Program-made: the position numbers and the translations under genes | Shown: one piece after another, positions 8,905 to 17,943 of the stretch | Layout: the number at the start of each line of letters is the position of its first letter | Position numbering within the stretch: the first letter of the stretch is position 1 | The notes under the pieces: model-generated | Told to the model about the DNA's origin: nothing | Database searches by the model: none | What the model saw: the letters and a program-made list of their open reading frames with translations, nothing else | NCBI GenBank assembly: GCA_963768705.1 | Contig: CAVYJE010000025.1 | Location: 161,341 to 225,340 of the forward strand | Direction: 5' to 3' | Source of the DNA: an uncultured Chloroflexia bacterium | GTDB taxonomy: Bacteria > Chloroflexota > Dehalococcoidia > DSTF01 > WHTK01 | DNA: 64,000 nt

Positions 8905-9513
8905 TCAGTCATCCAGACGGGACTGCGAGAGCCGTCGCGGCGCCATGTGCAAAGGTGCCCGCGTGGTCGCGAGGCGTCGGGCGGCCACCGGCGCGGGGCG
9001 TCCCGCGAGCAGACGATAGAAGACGCAGAACAGAATTATCACCACGGACAGGGCGTAGCTGTCGCGCACGAACGTATCGCCGGAGTCGGTGCCGTTCAGC
9101 AGCCCGTGAGCCAGGGCCAGCACGTATACGCCGAAGGTCAGGTAGTGCAGGAGCCGCCACGCCCGCTGGCCAATGAGGCCGCGTACGTAGAAGGTGGCGC
9201 TGAGAAACGCCGCGCCGTACAGGGCAATGATGCCCAGGGACATGGCCGTGTTGCGCAGGTGCGACTGGAAGGGGATCAGCAGCTCCCGCAGCGTGAAGCC
9301 GGCGTAGGGGTCCGGCAGCATGATCAGGGCGTGAAACACGATCACCAGCAGCACAAGCAACGAGAAGAAGCGGTGAAACTCGAACACCCAGCCGCGGTGC
9401 AGCCAGCCATCGAACAGGCGTGAGCTCACCGCCACACCGAGCAGCACCGAGCTCCAGAGCATCCAGTACGAGACCAGCCCCGCGGAGCGCCCGAGGTACC
9501 AGTAGGTGTGCAT
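8905..9513 (-). CDS. Ferric-reductase-like (YedZ/MsrQ-type) transmembrane domain protein
   Basis: 202 aa with about 6 TM helices and conserved His residues placed as in the family (FHRFFSLLVLLVIVFHALI, LHYLTFGVYVLALAHG). Confidence 0.6.
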   Translation of the reverse strand: MHTYWYLGRSAGLVSYWMLWSSVLLGVAVSSRLFDGWLHRGWVFEFHRFFSLLVLLVIVFHALIMLPDPYAGFTLRELLIPFQSHLRNTAMSLGIIALYGAAFLSATFYVRGLIGQRAWRLLHYLTFGVYVLALAHGLLNGTDSGDTFVRDSYALSVVIILFCVFYRLLAGRPAPVAARRLATTRAPLHMAPRRLSQSRLDD

Positions 9514-9547
9514 CTAGGCCTGCTTGCCGGTGGATGGCCCGGCTGGC

Positions 9548-10174
9548 TCATGATCCGTGTGTCCGCGTATGAGGTGTCGGCGTGGGCTGCGGCCGGGGCG
9601 TTGGTGCCGGTTGCGTGGCAGTCGGCCGTGGTGTCGGCGATGGCACCGCGGTCGGGACCTGCGTCGGCGGGATCACGGGCGTCGGGAACACGAAGGGCGT
9701 CGCCGTGGGCGCTGCCACCACCGTCGATGCTGGCGGGACAGCTGCCTGTGCGAGGGGAGTCGCGGTCGGCGCCGCCTGCACGACCGTCGGCTCGACGACA
9801 GCGTCTTGCTGCGGGGCCGGCGCCGGCACGGTGGGCGCGAGGGTGGCTTTCTCCGGCTCCGGCGGCGGTACCTCCGTGGCCGTTGGCTCGGCCGTGGGTG
9901 ATGGTGGCACCGCCGTGGCGATGACGGCGGTCCTCACCACCAGGATCGGCAGCTCCGCCGCCTGTGCGCCCGCGGTCACCTCGTCTGTGGCAGCGTACGG
10001 GATTTCATACACGCCATCGGTCAGCACGGGTTCCGTGATCGGGTCCGCGGCGACATCGGGAGAGCCTTCGGCCAGGTTCAGCCAGGCGATGAGGCCCGCA
10101 AGCATCGCTACGGCGCAGACCGTCGCCACGATGACCGAGGCCTTGGTGCGGGGATAGCGGCCAAGCATGGTCAT
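9548..10174 (-). CDS. Membrane-anchored Pro/Thr/Ala-rich protein, unknown function
   Basis: 208-aa ORF with GGAGG upstream of the ATG. It has an N-terminal TM anchor followed by a long low-complexity PT-rich tail. Confidence 0.5.
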   Translation of the reverse strand: MTMLGRYPRTKASVIVATVCAVAMLAGLIAWLNLAEGSPDVAADPITEPVLTDGVYEIPYAATDEVTAGAQAAELPILVVRTAVIATAVPPSPTAEPTATEVPPPEPEKATLAPTVPAPAPQQDAVVEPTVVQAAPTATPLAQAAVPPASTVVAAPTATPFVFPTPVIPPTQVPTAVPSPTPRPTATQPAPTPRPQPTPTPHTRTHGS

Positions 10175-10189
10175 GCCGGGACGCCTCCG

Positions 10190-10276
10190 CTAGAGCGTGG
10201 GACCAACAAAGAACAAAAGCTCGCTGACCAGGACGGTCAGGTAGAAGGCAAGGAAGAGGGCGTCCTTTCGCGGCAT
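10190..10276 (-). CDS. Putative 28-aa hydrophobic micro-protein (MPRKDALFLAFYLTVLVSELLFFVGPTL)
   Basis: Too short for the ORF track. The ATG has AAGGAG 7 nt upstream, the product is a single predicted TM helix, and it ends 15 nt before the next gene start. Confidence 0.35.
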   Translation of the reverse strand: MPRKDALFLAFYLTVLVSELLFFVGPTL

Positions 10277-10414
10277 CGGGCAACTCCTTGGCAGGCGACC
10301 GCGTCATGCGAACCTGCCTTCGACGGGACTTCGATGGCCACGTTATGGAATCAAGATTGGAAATTCGTTAGAGGAAACGCCGCAGGGTGTTAAGAGACCG
10401 TATCAACCAGACGT

Positions 10415-10455
10415 GAGAGAGGACGGGCGTTGCCTAACGCCCGTCCTCTCTTTTG
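10415..10455. terminator. 15-bp-stem hairpin downstream of the GT39 gene
   Basis: GAGAGAGGACGGGCG-TTGCCTAA-CGCCCGTCCTCTCTT followed by TTG. The T-tract is on the plus strand and an A-tract on the other side, so it may work bidirectionally. Confidence 0.5.
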
Positions 10456-10468
10456 CAGTGCGGAAGCC

Positions 10469-12680
10469 CTAGTGTCCCAGCTCGGCTCCCATCCCCGCGC
10501 AGTCATATAGCTCGCCCTGGTACTGCGAGGGCAGCGTGTTGTCCGTGACGGCGACGCAGGTGGCCTGGACGGCAGCCATGACCGCGTTCGCGCCGGCGGT
10601 GTCGCTGCTGCTCGTGGTCAGGCCGGCCGGCAGGTTACCGAGGCCGGGTATGTTCCCGAGGTTCGGTATGGTCACGCCGCGGCCGAACCCGCCGCCGAGG
10701 CCGCTGGAGACGAGAACGTACCTAATATCACCGGCGGAGACGTAGTCGCCGAACTCGGCGGCCGTGATCGTCGGGTCGGAGCCGGAGAAGCCGCCAATCG
10801 ACATGACAGAGATGTCGTACTCCGCGATCAGGGTCGAGGCGTTTTGTGCGCTGCTCACAGCCAGGTCCCATCGCGCGTCCGGGGCCGAGTTGGCCTCGAG
10901 CCAGGCTGCGAGCTGCGCCGTACCGGAGTCGAAGGCCTGCGAGCCGAAGCTGCGGCTCGCGGCACCGCCATTACGGGGTCCGGCCTGGGGCAGCGTCGTG
11001 TTCGAGGAGGCGTTGGCGGTCTCGTAGCTGGACCAGGCTGCCGGAATCAGCAGCAGGCCCGCGACTATGACGGCCACGCCCGCGATCACAGGCAGCCGTT
11101 TGTACCACGCCGCCGCGACCATGAGGACGGTGCCAGCGATGACAGCTACGACTGCAATCGGCGTCACCCACTCGAAGAAGTTGTCGATGCGGCCGGAGAG
11201 CATGAGCTGCACGTAAAGGGTCGAGGCGGCAATCGCAACGCCGGCGATGAGCCACGCCTTGTGCCGCCGGACGAGGTCGGGCAACGCCACGCAGGTCATG
11301 CCGACGACGGCGGCGATGCCGGGTGCCAGCGCAGACGTGTAGTAGCTGTGATAGATGCCCTGCGTGTAGGAGAAGACGCCGCCGAACAGCAGGGCCCAGC
11401 CCAGCCAGAGCACCACAGCGGCGCGCAGGATGTGGTCGTCGCGCCAGCGCCAGAGGCTGATGACGCCGCCGATCATGGCGAAGGGCAGGAACCAGGCGAT
11501 CTGGCCGCCGTTCGCGTCATCGAACATGCGCAACGGGTCAGGGTCGCCGGCGATGATGCCGCCGGCGCCGCGGCCGTTGTTGGCGGTCGGGGCCGTGTTG
11601 CCGCCCTGCGGGAAGCCGCCCGGGCCGCCGTTTCCGTCCTGCGGGAATCCTCTCGGCGCCACCGTTGGGGTTGTTGCGACCGCCATCGAAGGCGCCGGGC
11701 GCTGCGCCTGCACCCGGCGCCTGTTGGCGGCCGTCGAATGCTGCGCCGGCGCCGGGTGCGCCGCCACGGCCACCGCCCGCGCCGGGGCCCGTCGTGCCTT
11801 CGACGCGGCCGATGCCGTTGTAGCCGACGACGAGGTCCTGGACGGTGTTGTCTTTGCTGCCGCCGATGTAGGGCCGGTCCGAGCTGGGCCAGGCGTCGAC
11901 GACGAGGAGCCACGATGCCGAGGCGACGAGGCAGACGACGCCGAAAACGGCGAGGCGTGGGATCCACACCTGCCAGGATTTCCACCAGTCACCGCGCATG
12001 CCGACGACGAGGGCGAGGATCAACGCCGGTCCAGGGATCCAGCCCACGAGCATCTTGGTGTTGAAAGCTACGCCGATCAGCAGGCCGGCGGCCACCAGCC
12101 ACCAGAACCAGCGCTTCGAGTCCAGGGAGCGCAGGATGCAGCCGGACGCCGCGATGAGGGTGAGGAGTAGGAAGGGCTCCGGCAGGTTGAGGCGGTTCAC
12201 GGCCACCGAGATCGGGGTCAGGGCGAGCACGAGCCCCGCGATCGTTGCCGCGACGACGCCGAAGTAGCGCTTCATGATCAGCCAGAGCAGCGCGACGGCC
12301 AGGGCGCCGGCGATGGCGCTTGGCATGAGCAGCGAGAGGCTGGAGTAGCCGAAGATGCGCGCCGAGATGGCGTCGACCCAGAGGAAGACCGGAGGCTTAT
12401 CGACGGTGATGAAGCCGCCGGGGTCGAGTGCGCCGAAGAAGAAGTTGTGCCAGCTCTCGGTCATAGAGCGCGCGGCGGCGGCGTAGTACGTGTTGCCGTA
12501 ACCGGTCTTCGAGAGGCCCCAGGCGTTGATCAGCAGGGCCAGCGCGGTGACCGCAACAAGGGGGAGCCAGGCTTGCCAGCGCTGCCATAGCGCAACGAGG
12601 GACGCCGAGACAGGCCGGCTCGATTCTGCGGAGTCTCCATACGTAGGGGCGGGGATACTACTGGCCACGATGACCTCCAT
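10469..12680 (-). pseudogene. Glycosyltransferase family 39 (ArnT/PMT-like GT-C), one apparent frameshift ~11660 in a Gly-rich linker
   Basis: The N-terminal multi-TM GT-C part is in ORF 11538-12680 (NTYYAAAARSM, VDKPPVFLW). The C-terminal TM and soluble part is in ORF 10469-11992. The frames join at ..NNPNGG / APRGFPQDGNGG. Confidence 0.75.
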
Positions 12681-13473
12681 TGTCTATGTCGGCGGGCGAG
12701 ACCGCCAACTGCGGCGTTGTGAGGTCCGTCGTTGATGGGCCCCGGGGCACCCGGAGAGTCTTCTGGGCGCTCGCCCAATCGAAGCCACGCATGCGTGCGA
12801 GGCCCTTGAGGTCGCGCCAGACCGTCTTGACGACCTTGACGCGGCTGTCGGTGTCCTCGACCCAGTGCACCGGCACGAAGTCGACGTTCCAACCGCCCTT
12901 CGCGGCGAGGAGCAGGAGCTCCGTGTCCCAGAACCAGCCCGTGTCCTCCACGAGCGGCAGGAGCTTGCGGGCGCACTCACGCCGGATCGCTTTGAAGCCG
13001 CACTGAGTGTCTCGCAGGTGGGTGCCGAAAAGGCCGTTGATCAGGAACACGAAGCCGCGCGAGAGCACCTCGCGCTTTAGAGACCGCGTGGTTTCGGCGC
13101 CGTGGCCCAGCCTCGATCCCGCGACGACGTCGTTGCCGCCTTCGAGAATCGAGGCCACGAGCTTCGGGAAGTCGGCGAGATCCGTCGAGAGGTCGATGTC
13201 CATGTAGGCGAGCACGTCGGCGTCGCTGGCGAGCCAGGCCTGGGTTAGCGCCCGGCCGCGGCCGGCCTCGCTGATGTGCAGCACCGATACGTTGGGGAGG
13301 CTCTCGAGGTCGCGCGCAATGGCCAGCGTGCCGTCCGTCGAGCCGTTGTCGGCGATCGTGATGTGCCAGTCGTGCGAGATCTGGTCCTTGAGAAACGCGT
13401 GCAGCGTACGGACGCTGTCGGCGAGCACCTTCTCTTCGTTCAGGACGGGCAGTACGACTTCGATAGTGGCCAT
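12658..13473 (-). CDS. Glycosyltransferase family 2 (polyprenyl-phosphate sugar synthase-like)
   Basis: 271 aa with VVLPVLNEE, ADNGSTDGT and YMDIDLS (DxD) motifs. Confidence 0.85.
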   Translation of the reverse strand: MATIEVVLPVLNEEKVLADSVRTLHAFLKDQISHDWHITIADNGSTDGTLAIARDLESLPNVSVLHISEAGRGRALTQAWLASDADVLAYMDIDLSTDLADFPKLVASILEGGNDVVAGSRLGHGAETTRSLKREVLSRGFVFLINGLFGTHLRDTQCGFKAIRRECARKLLPLVEDTGWFWDTELLLLAAKGGWNVDFVPVHWVEDTDSRVKVVKTVWRDLKGLARMRGFDWASAQKTLRVPRGPSTTDLTTPQLAVSPADIDNGGHRGQ

Positions 13474-13485
13474 GCGAGACTCCCT

Positions 13486-14025
13486 CTAGTTGCTTTGTGA
13501 TGCTCGGCGCCAGACGACGCGGCTGCTCCAGAACCAGTTCCACGTCAGCCCAAAGGCGATGCCGATCGAGTTGGCGATGAGGTAGCTGATGCCCAGCAGC
13601 GGCGTCAGCAGGTTCACGGCCGCCAGCGAGATGCCGGGGCCGCCCAGTGAGCTCAGGTTCGATTGTGTGAGGCGGCGCCAGAACGGCTTGTCGTGGCAAT
13701 CGTGGAAGGTCCAGCGGTCGTTGAGGGCGAATCGCACGAGGATCGACACCTCAAGTGCCAGGGCAGACGCCAGCAGCAGGCCGGTATCGATGCGCCCTAG
13801 CGGTGTGCTCGCGCCGGCCATTGACTTGAAGCCGCCCTCGTACAGGCCGAAGAGCAGGACCTGGTTGACGACGTAGCTGATACCGCCGACCACGAGGAAG
13901 CGTGCCAGTGTCGAATGCAGCAGGCCGTCGAAGCGACGCGTCAGCCCTGCGCCCGCAGCGCCGATCAGGGGCTGCGGTAGCTGTTCTGCTTCCTCGATAG
14001 TGATCACAGGCTCCCGTCCTCCCAC
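13486..14025 (-). CDS. GtrA-family membrane protein
   Basis: 179 aa with RFLVVGGISYVVNQ and NDRWTFHD motifs and four TM helices. It is the first gene of the GtrA-GT2-GT39 operon. Confidence 0.75.
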   Translation of the reverse strand: MGGREPVITIEEAEQLPQPLIGAAGAGLTRRFDGLLHSTLARFLVVGGISYVVNQVLLFGLYEGGFKSMAGASTPLGRIDTGLLLASALALEVSILVRFALNDRWTFHDCHDKPFWRRLTQSNLSSLGGPGISLAAVNLLTPLLGISYLIANSIGIAFGLTWNWFWSSRVVWRRASQSN

Positions 14026-14413
14026 GTCCCTGCCTCCCGAGGTCGCTACTGGCGACCGTCTATATAGAGGCTAGGCTCATGGAGCGGTGCTGCCTTCCGC
14101 CGTCAGTCGTCACTTCCGGCTACACCAGTAGCAGTACGCCAATAGCGTGACGTACATCCCCAGTCGTAATCTCGCTGCTTTGCGCCTTAGAAGTGTGAAG
14201 CCAGGGCGAAGCGATTGTTAAGCAGTTGCTAAATCGTCTGCGAAGGCACGGTTCGCCTGTTGGAGTTAGGCAGGCCGCCCGCCGTGCTCGACCCGTCGAC
14301 CTGCAGCAGGGCTTGAGATGGCTGTGGTGGTTTCAAGGTTGATAGAGCCATTGTCATGGTCGCTCAGCCTTTTCAATCGCTCCTGTCCGTGGATGTCCTC
14401 AGGGTCCGATCAT

Positions 14414-14442
14414 TAGCACTCTCATTCAGAGAGTGCTAAAAT
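14414..14442 (+). promoter_or_regulatory. Perfect 10-bp-arm palindrome overlapping a TAAAAT -10-like box upstream of the PAC2 gene
   Basis: TAGCACTCTC-ATTCA-GAGAGTGCTA is followed directly by AAAT, giving TAAAAT at 14437-14442. TTAGCA lies 18 nt upstream. Confidence 0.4.
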
Positions 14443-14568
14443 GACACACGTAGTCCATCCTCCCACGGAGGACTTGCCCACCGTTTCTGTCGTGCCTGCA
14501 CCGGTCGTTGCGAACATTGAGTTGCAGGCAGCTTCGAGAAACGATCTAGCCGCACAGAGGTGCATCAA

Positions 14569-15474
14569 ATGACGAACGAATCAATCAACGACAACACGAA
14601 ACTGGAAGACCTCAAGGACCCGGTGCTGATCACGACGTTCAGCTCGCAGATGGTTAAGGGCGGCCAGACCGCGCCCTCTGCCCTCACCTACGCTTTGGAG
14701 CAGTGGGACGCAGAGCTCGTCGCCGAGATCGAGGCGGACGACTGCTACATCAACTCCCGCATGCGCCCGTGGGTGCGTCGCGATGGTGACCGCACCGTGC
14801 TCGATTGGCCCCAGAACGTCGTCTACCGCGTCGAAGGGGACGACCACACCTTCCTCGTGCTCGTGGGCGTGGAGCCGAGCCTGAACTGGCGCAGCTTCGT
14901 CTCGCGTATCGGCGATTTCGCGGCGATGCACGACGTCAAGCTGGCAGTGAACCTCAAGTCCGTGCCCGCGACCGTACCGCACACGCTGGAAGCGCCGGTA
15001 AAGGCGATCTACTCCGATGCCTCGATGGAGGAGGAGTACGGCGTACCGGAGATGGAGGACCAGGAAGGCCCGGCGGATATCGGCCGTGTGCTCAACCTCC
15101 ACCTGGCGTCGCAGGGCGTCCCGACCATCGACGTCTACGCGATGGAGCCGTTCTACGCGGCCGCCATCCCGGATGCGGCGGCGAGCCTTGCCCTCCTGCG
15201 CACGATGCAGAAGACCTTCGGGCTCTACGTCACCAATCTCGCGCGTCTGGAGCAGCTTGCTGGGGTGCAGCGACAGGCGATGGATGCCGCGGTTGCATCC
15301 TCGGAGCAGCTGCAGGAGACCGTCGTGGCGCTGGAGCAGCGCGCCGGTGGCAATCAGGCCCTGCTCGCCAGCCCCGAGGCGCCGGCCGTAGACCTCGACG
15401 CCTCCGAGATTCTCGACGAGGCTGAGGAGTTCCTCCGCAGCCTGCGAAGCGACGAGGACGGGGACGTCTCTTAA
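14569..15474 (+). CDS. PAC2 (proteasome assembly chaperone 2-like) family protein
   Basis: ATG at 14569 follows AGAGGTG. Segments PVLITTF, LVLVGVEPSLNW and VNLKSVPATVPHT resemble bacterial PAC2-family proteins. The C-terminal tail is acidic. Confidence 0.65.
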   Translation: MTNESINDNTKLEDLKDPVLITTFSSQMVKGGQTAPSALTYALEQWDAELVAEIEADDCYINSRMRPWVRRDGDRTVLDWPQNVVYRVEGDDHTFLVLVGVEPSLNWRSFVSRIGDFAAMHDVKLAVNLKSVPATVPHTLEAPVKAIYSDASMEEEYGVPEMEDQEGPADIGRVLNLHLASQGVPTIDVYAMEPFYAAAIPDAAASLALLRTMQKTFGLYVTNLARLEQLAGVQRQAMDAAVASSEQLQETVVALEQRAGGNQALLASPEAPAVDLDASEILDEAEEFLRSLRSDEDGDVS

Positions 15475-15482
15475 GCTTTCGG

Positions 15483-15983
15483 CTACTTCTGCTTGATGGC
15501 GTTACGCACGGTGAGGCCGTCCTTCCCACGAAGGACGGCCTCACTTTCTTCAGCCGGCTCCACGAAAACGGCGATCGACCCAAGGATCAGGCTGATCGTC
15601 AGCAGCGTCGCGGACGTTACGCACCAGATGCAGATCGCGTGCAGCACGTCGAGCTCGACGTAGGTGAGGTAACCGGCGTAACCGGCGCCAGCGAGGGCGA
15701 GGCCCCAGTACGCGATCGGCAGCCAGTCGACCTCGGCGTAGCGGATCCAGGCGATCGCCGTAAGCGCCATCGTGAGATAGAGCATGGCGCCGAGGCCCGC
15801 CACGGGCAGCCCGGCCACGGTTGCGTACTCGCTCGAGTTCACGTAACCGCAGTCGCCGACACCACCACAGGCGATCGGCTGGTTACCCCAGTGCGCGATC
15901 GCCAGGTAGCTGCCGATGGCAAAGCCCGCCAGGCCCAGTACGACGAGCAGGTACGGGATCCTGCGATGCAGTGACGCGCTCAT
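15483..15983 (-). CDS. Vitamin K epoxide reductase (VKOR) family protein
   Basis: 166 aa with 4-5 TM helices, a loop Cys pair (CGGVGDC) and a CIWC active-site motif. Its start overlaps the DsbA stop in ATGA. Confidence 0.85.
   Translation of the reverse strand: MSASLHRRIPYLLVVLGLAGFAIGSYLAIAHWGNQPIACGGVGDCGYVNSSEYATVAGLPVAGLGAMLYLTMALTAIAWIRYAEVDWLPIAYWGLALAGAGYAGYLTYVELDVLHAICIWCVTSATLLTISLILGSIAVFVEPAEESEAVLRGKDGLTVRNAIKQK
15513..15542 (+). terminator. 13-bp perfect hairpin ~40 nt after the PAC2 stop, embedded in the 3' coding end of the convergent VKOR gene
   Basis: GAGGCCGTCCTTC-CCAC-GAAGGACGGCCTC followed by ACTTTCTTC. Confidence 0.5.
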
Positions 15984-16687
15984 GAGGTCGTCGGCAGGAA
16001 GCTGTCGATCATGCTGCGGAAGGCGTCTACGTCGCGCCAGTCGTCCACCCTCTCACCGTTGACGAAGAAGGTCGGCGTACCGGTGACGCCGCGGTCTTTG
16101 CCCTCCTGCAGCTCTGCGTTCACGACGTCCTTGTACTCATTCGTGTCGAGCGCCTGCTTGAACTGCGTAAGGTCCAGACCGACGAGCTCGGCGAGCTGCG
16201 TCAGGCGGTCGTCGCTGAAGGCACCGCTGTTCTCTGAGCCCTGGTAAGTGAACAGGGCATCGTGGTACTCCCAGAACTTGCCCTGGGCCGATGCAGCCTC
16301 CGCGGCTTGAGCAGCACGCTTCGACTCATCGCCGATGAACGAGAAGTAGCGGTACTGCAGCTGTGCCTTACCGGTATCGACGTACTCCGTGATGATCTGC
16401 TGAAGCACACTGGAGTTGGCGGCCTTGCAGACCGGGCACTGGAAGTCTTCCCAGGCCGTGATCACGACCGGTGCGCTGGTCTCGCCGAGCACGCGGCCGT
16501 CGCGCTGGGCGTTGCTCGCCGTGACAACCTCGTTGTTGCCGCGCAGCAAGCCGCCGATGACGATGAGCGCCGCGACGGCAACGACGGCCGAGACGCCGGC
16601 GATCCAGAGCAGTCGCGTCTTGCGCTTCCGGGCTGCCTGACGCTGCTCGGCAGCCTCCCGATTTCTTCTGTTACGTATGTGGGACAT
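15980..16687 (-). CDS. DsbA-family thioredoxin-fold oxidoreductase, membrane-anchored
   Basis: 235 aa with an N-terminal TM anchor, a CPVC active site and a GTPTFFVNG motif. Confidence 0.85.
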   Translation of the reverse strand: MSHIRNRRNREAAEQRQAARKRKTRLLWIAGVSAVVAVAALIVIGGLLRGNNEVVTASNAQRDGRVLGETSAPVVITAWEDFQCPVCKAANSSVLQQIITEYVDTGKAQLQYRYFSFIGDESKRAAQAAEAASAQGKFWEYHDALFTYQGSENSGAFSDDRLTQLAELVGLDLTQFKQALDTNEYKDVVNAELQEGKDRGVTGTPTFFVNGERVDDWRDVDAFRSMIDSFLPTTS

Positions 16688-16766
16688 CTGTCTCCCTCCC
16701 TCGATATGGGCCGCATCAAGTGAGACGCATCGAATAGCGATGGTGGAACCGGCGGCCTCGTGACGA

Positions 16767-17114
16767 TCAGGCGTAGAGGGAGGGCATTAGGGGTGGCGGG
16801 TTGGGTACGAGTGCCGTCCACGAGTGGAGCACTCGCGTCCTGGTCAGGGCGAAGGCCATGACGACGCCGGCAAGGAAGAACACGAAGCCCATCTGCACGA
16901 CATCGAGGCCGACGTTGGAGATGCTGATCGTCTCGCAGTCGGCGAGGATCTCGCAGTGTGGGCTGCCGTCGGCCTGCGCGAACTGGACCTCGGGCGAGTT
17001 GTGGGCACCGAACGGCACGCCGAGCGCGTCGAGCGCTATCGGCCGGAACACCAAGATCACCAGCGCGAGCAGCGCCAGCGTGGTTGCCGTGCTTCGGAAC
17101 CGCCTTCTCATCAC
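16767..17114 (-). CDS. Hypothetical membrane protein
   Basis: 115-aa ORF with an N-terminal signal/TM segment, a second TM helix and two Cys residues. I recognised no family. Confidence 0.4.
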   Translation of the reverse strand: MMRRRFRSTATTLALLALVILVFRPIALDALGVPFGAHNSPEVQFAQADGSPHCEILADCETISISNVGLDVVQMGFVFFLAGVVMAFALTRTRVLHSWTALVPNPPPLMPSLYA

Positions 17115-17233
17115 CTTCTACGTTAAGGACGCCGGCGCGCCGTTTCAAGGGCCGATCGTCCTAGTGGTTCATGCGCTGCGTTGGGGCTAACCCTGATGCG
17201 CGCAACCGGCCGACCTACTATCCTGTTCAAGTC

Positions 17234-17836
17234 ATGGCGCAGAAGTCCGAAAACCGGAACGCCAACCCACTACCGCTAATCGCGATCCTCGGCGTCATCG
17301 TCGTCTTCGCCTTCCTGCTCGTGAGCCGGGGCAGTGGCAGCGAAGGCGAGCCGACGCCGCCGCTGGCCGTCGCAACGACCGCCGCGACCGCGACCACAGC
17401 GCCGCCCACGCAAACGCCAACCCCTGCACCCAATTCGACCGAGGCACCGACGGCAGGCCGCTGGATCGACGTGGACGTGACGAAGTTCGAAGTCCAGCTC
17501 ATGGAGGGCAACAAGGTCGTCCGCACCATCGGCCCCGTCGCGGTCGGCGCCGAGATCGACACGGGCAACTACGAGTCGACGCAGACGGGCCTGTTCTTTG
17601 TCAACGCCAAGACCGCCGACCTGACGTATGACCCTCCCTACGACACCTACATCAGCCACTGGGTCGGCTTCGACCCGGACAAGGACAACGGCTTCCACTC
17701 GCTCCTCAAGGACGCCAGCGGCAACGTCGTCGACGCCTCGACGGGCCGCATCAGCAACGGCTGCATCCGCAGCGCCGAGGTCGACAAGATCTTCGACTTC
17801 GCTGAGATCGGCATGCCCGTCCTAGTGCACACGTAG
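17234..17836 (+). CDS. L,D-transpeptidase (YkuD domain)
   Basis: Starts at ATG 17234 (MAQKSEN...). It has a TM anchor, a PT-rich linker and a catalytic motif HSLL...GRISNGCIR. Confidence 0.85.
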   Translation: MAQKSENRNANPLPLIAILGVIVVFAFLLVSRGSGSEGEPTPPLAVATTAATATTAPPTQTPTPAPNSTEAPTAGRWIDVDVTKFEVQLMEGNKVVRTIGPVAVGAEIDTGNYESTQTGLFFVNAKTADLTYDPPYDTYISHWVGFDPDKDNGFHSLLKDASGNVVDASTGRISNGCIRSAEVDKIFDFAEIGMPVLVHT

Positions 17837-17855
17837 GCGGCGGTAAACCGACGCT

Positions 17856-17894
17856 GAAAGATTGCTTCGTCGGCTGACGCCTCCTCGCAACGAC
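17856..17894. repeat. Partial (right-half) copy of the MITE-like GGTCATTGCGAGGAGG element
   Basis: GAAAGATTGCTTCGTCGGCTGACGCCTCCTCGCAACGAC aligns with the right halves of the elements at 53482-53589 and 55507-55615. Confidence 0.6.
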
Positions 17895-17943
17895 AATAGT
17901 GGGAATCGTTACCAGTCTGAGGAACCTTCGGTGTTTCTTTAAC

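Noticed and set aside
14026-14413. A known structured RNA (RNase P, SRP, tmRNA, 6S) in the 530-bp ORF-free region
   Set aside because: I saw none of the hallmark motifs of these RNAs by eye. The region is retained only as an unexplained spacer within the glycosylation-operon finding.
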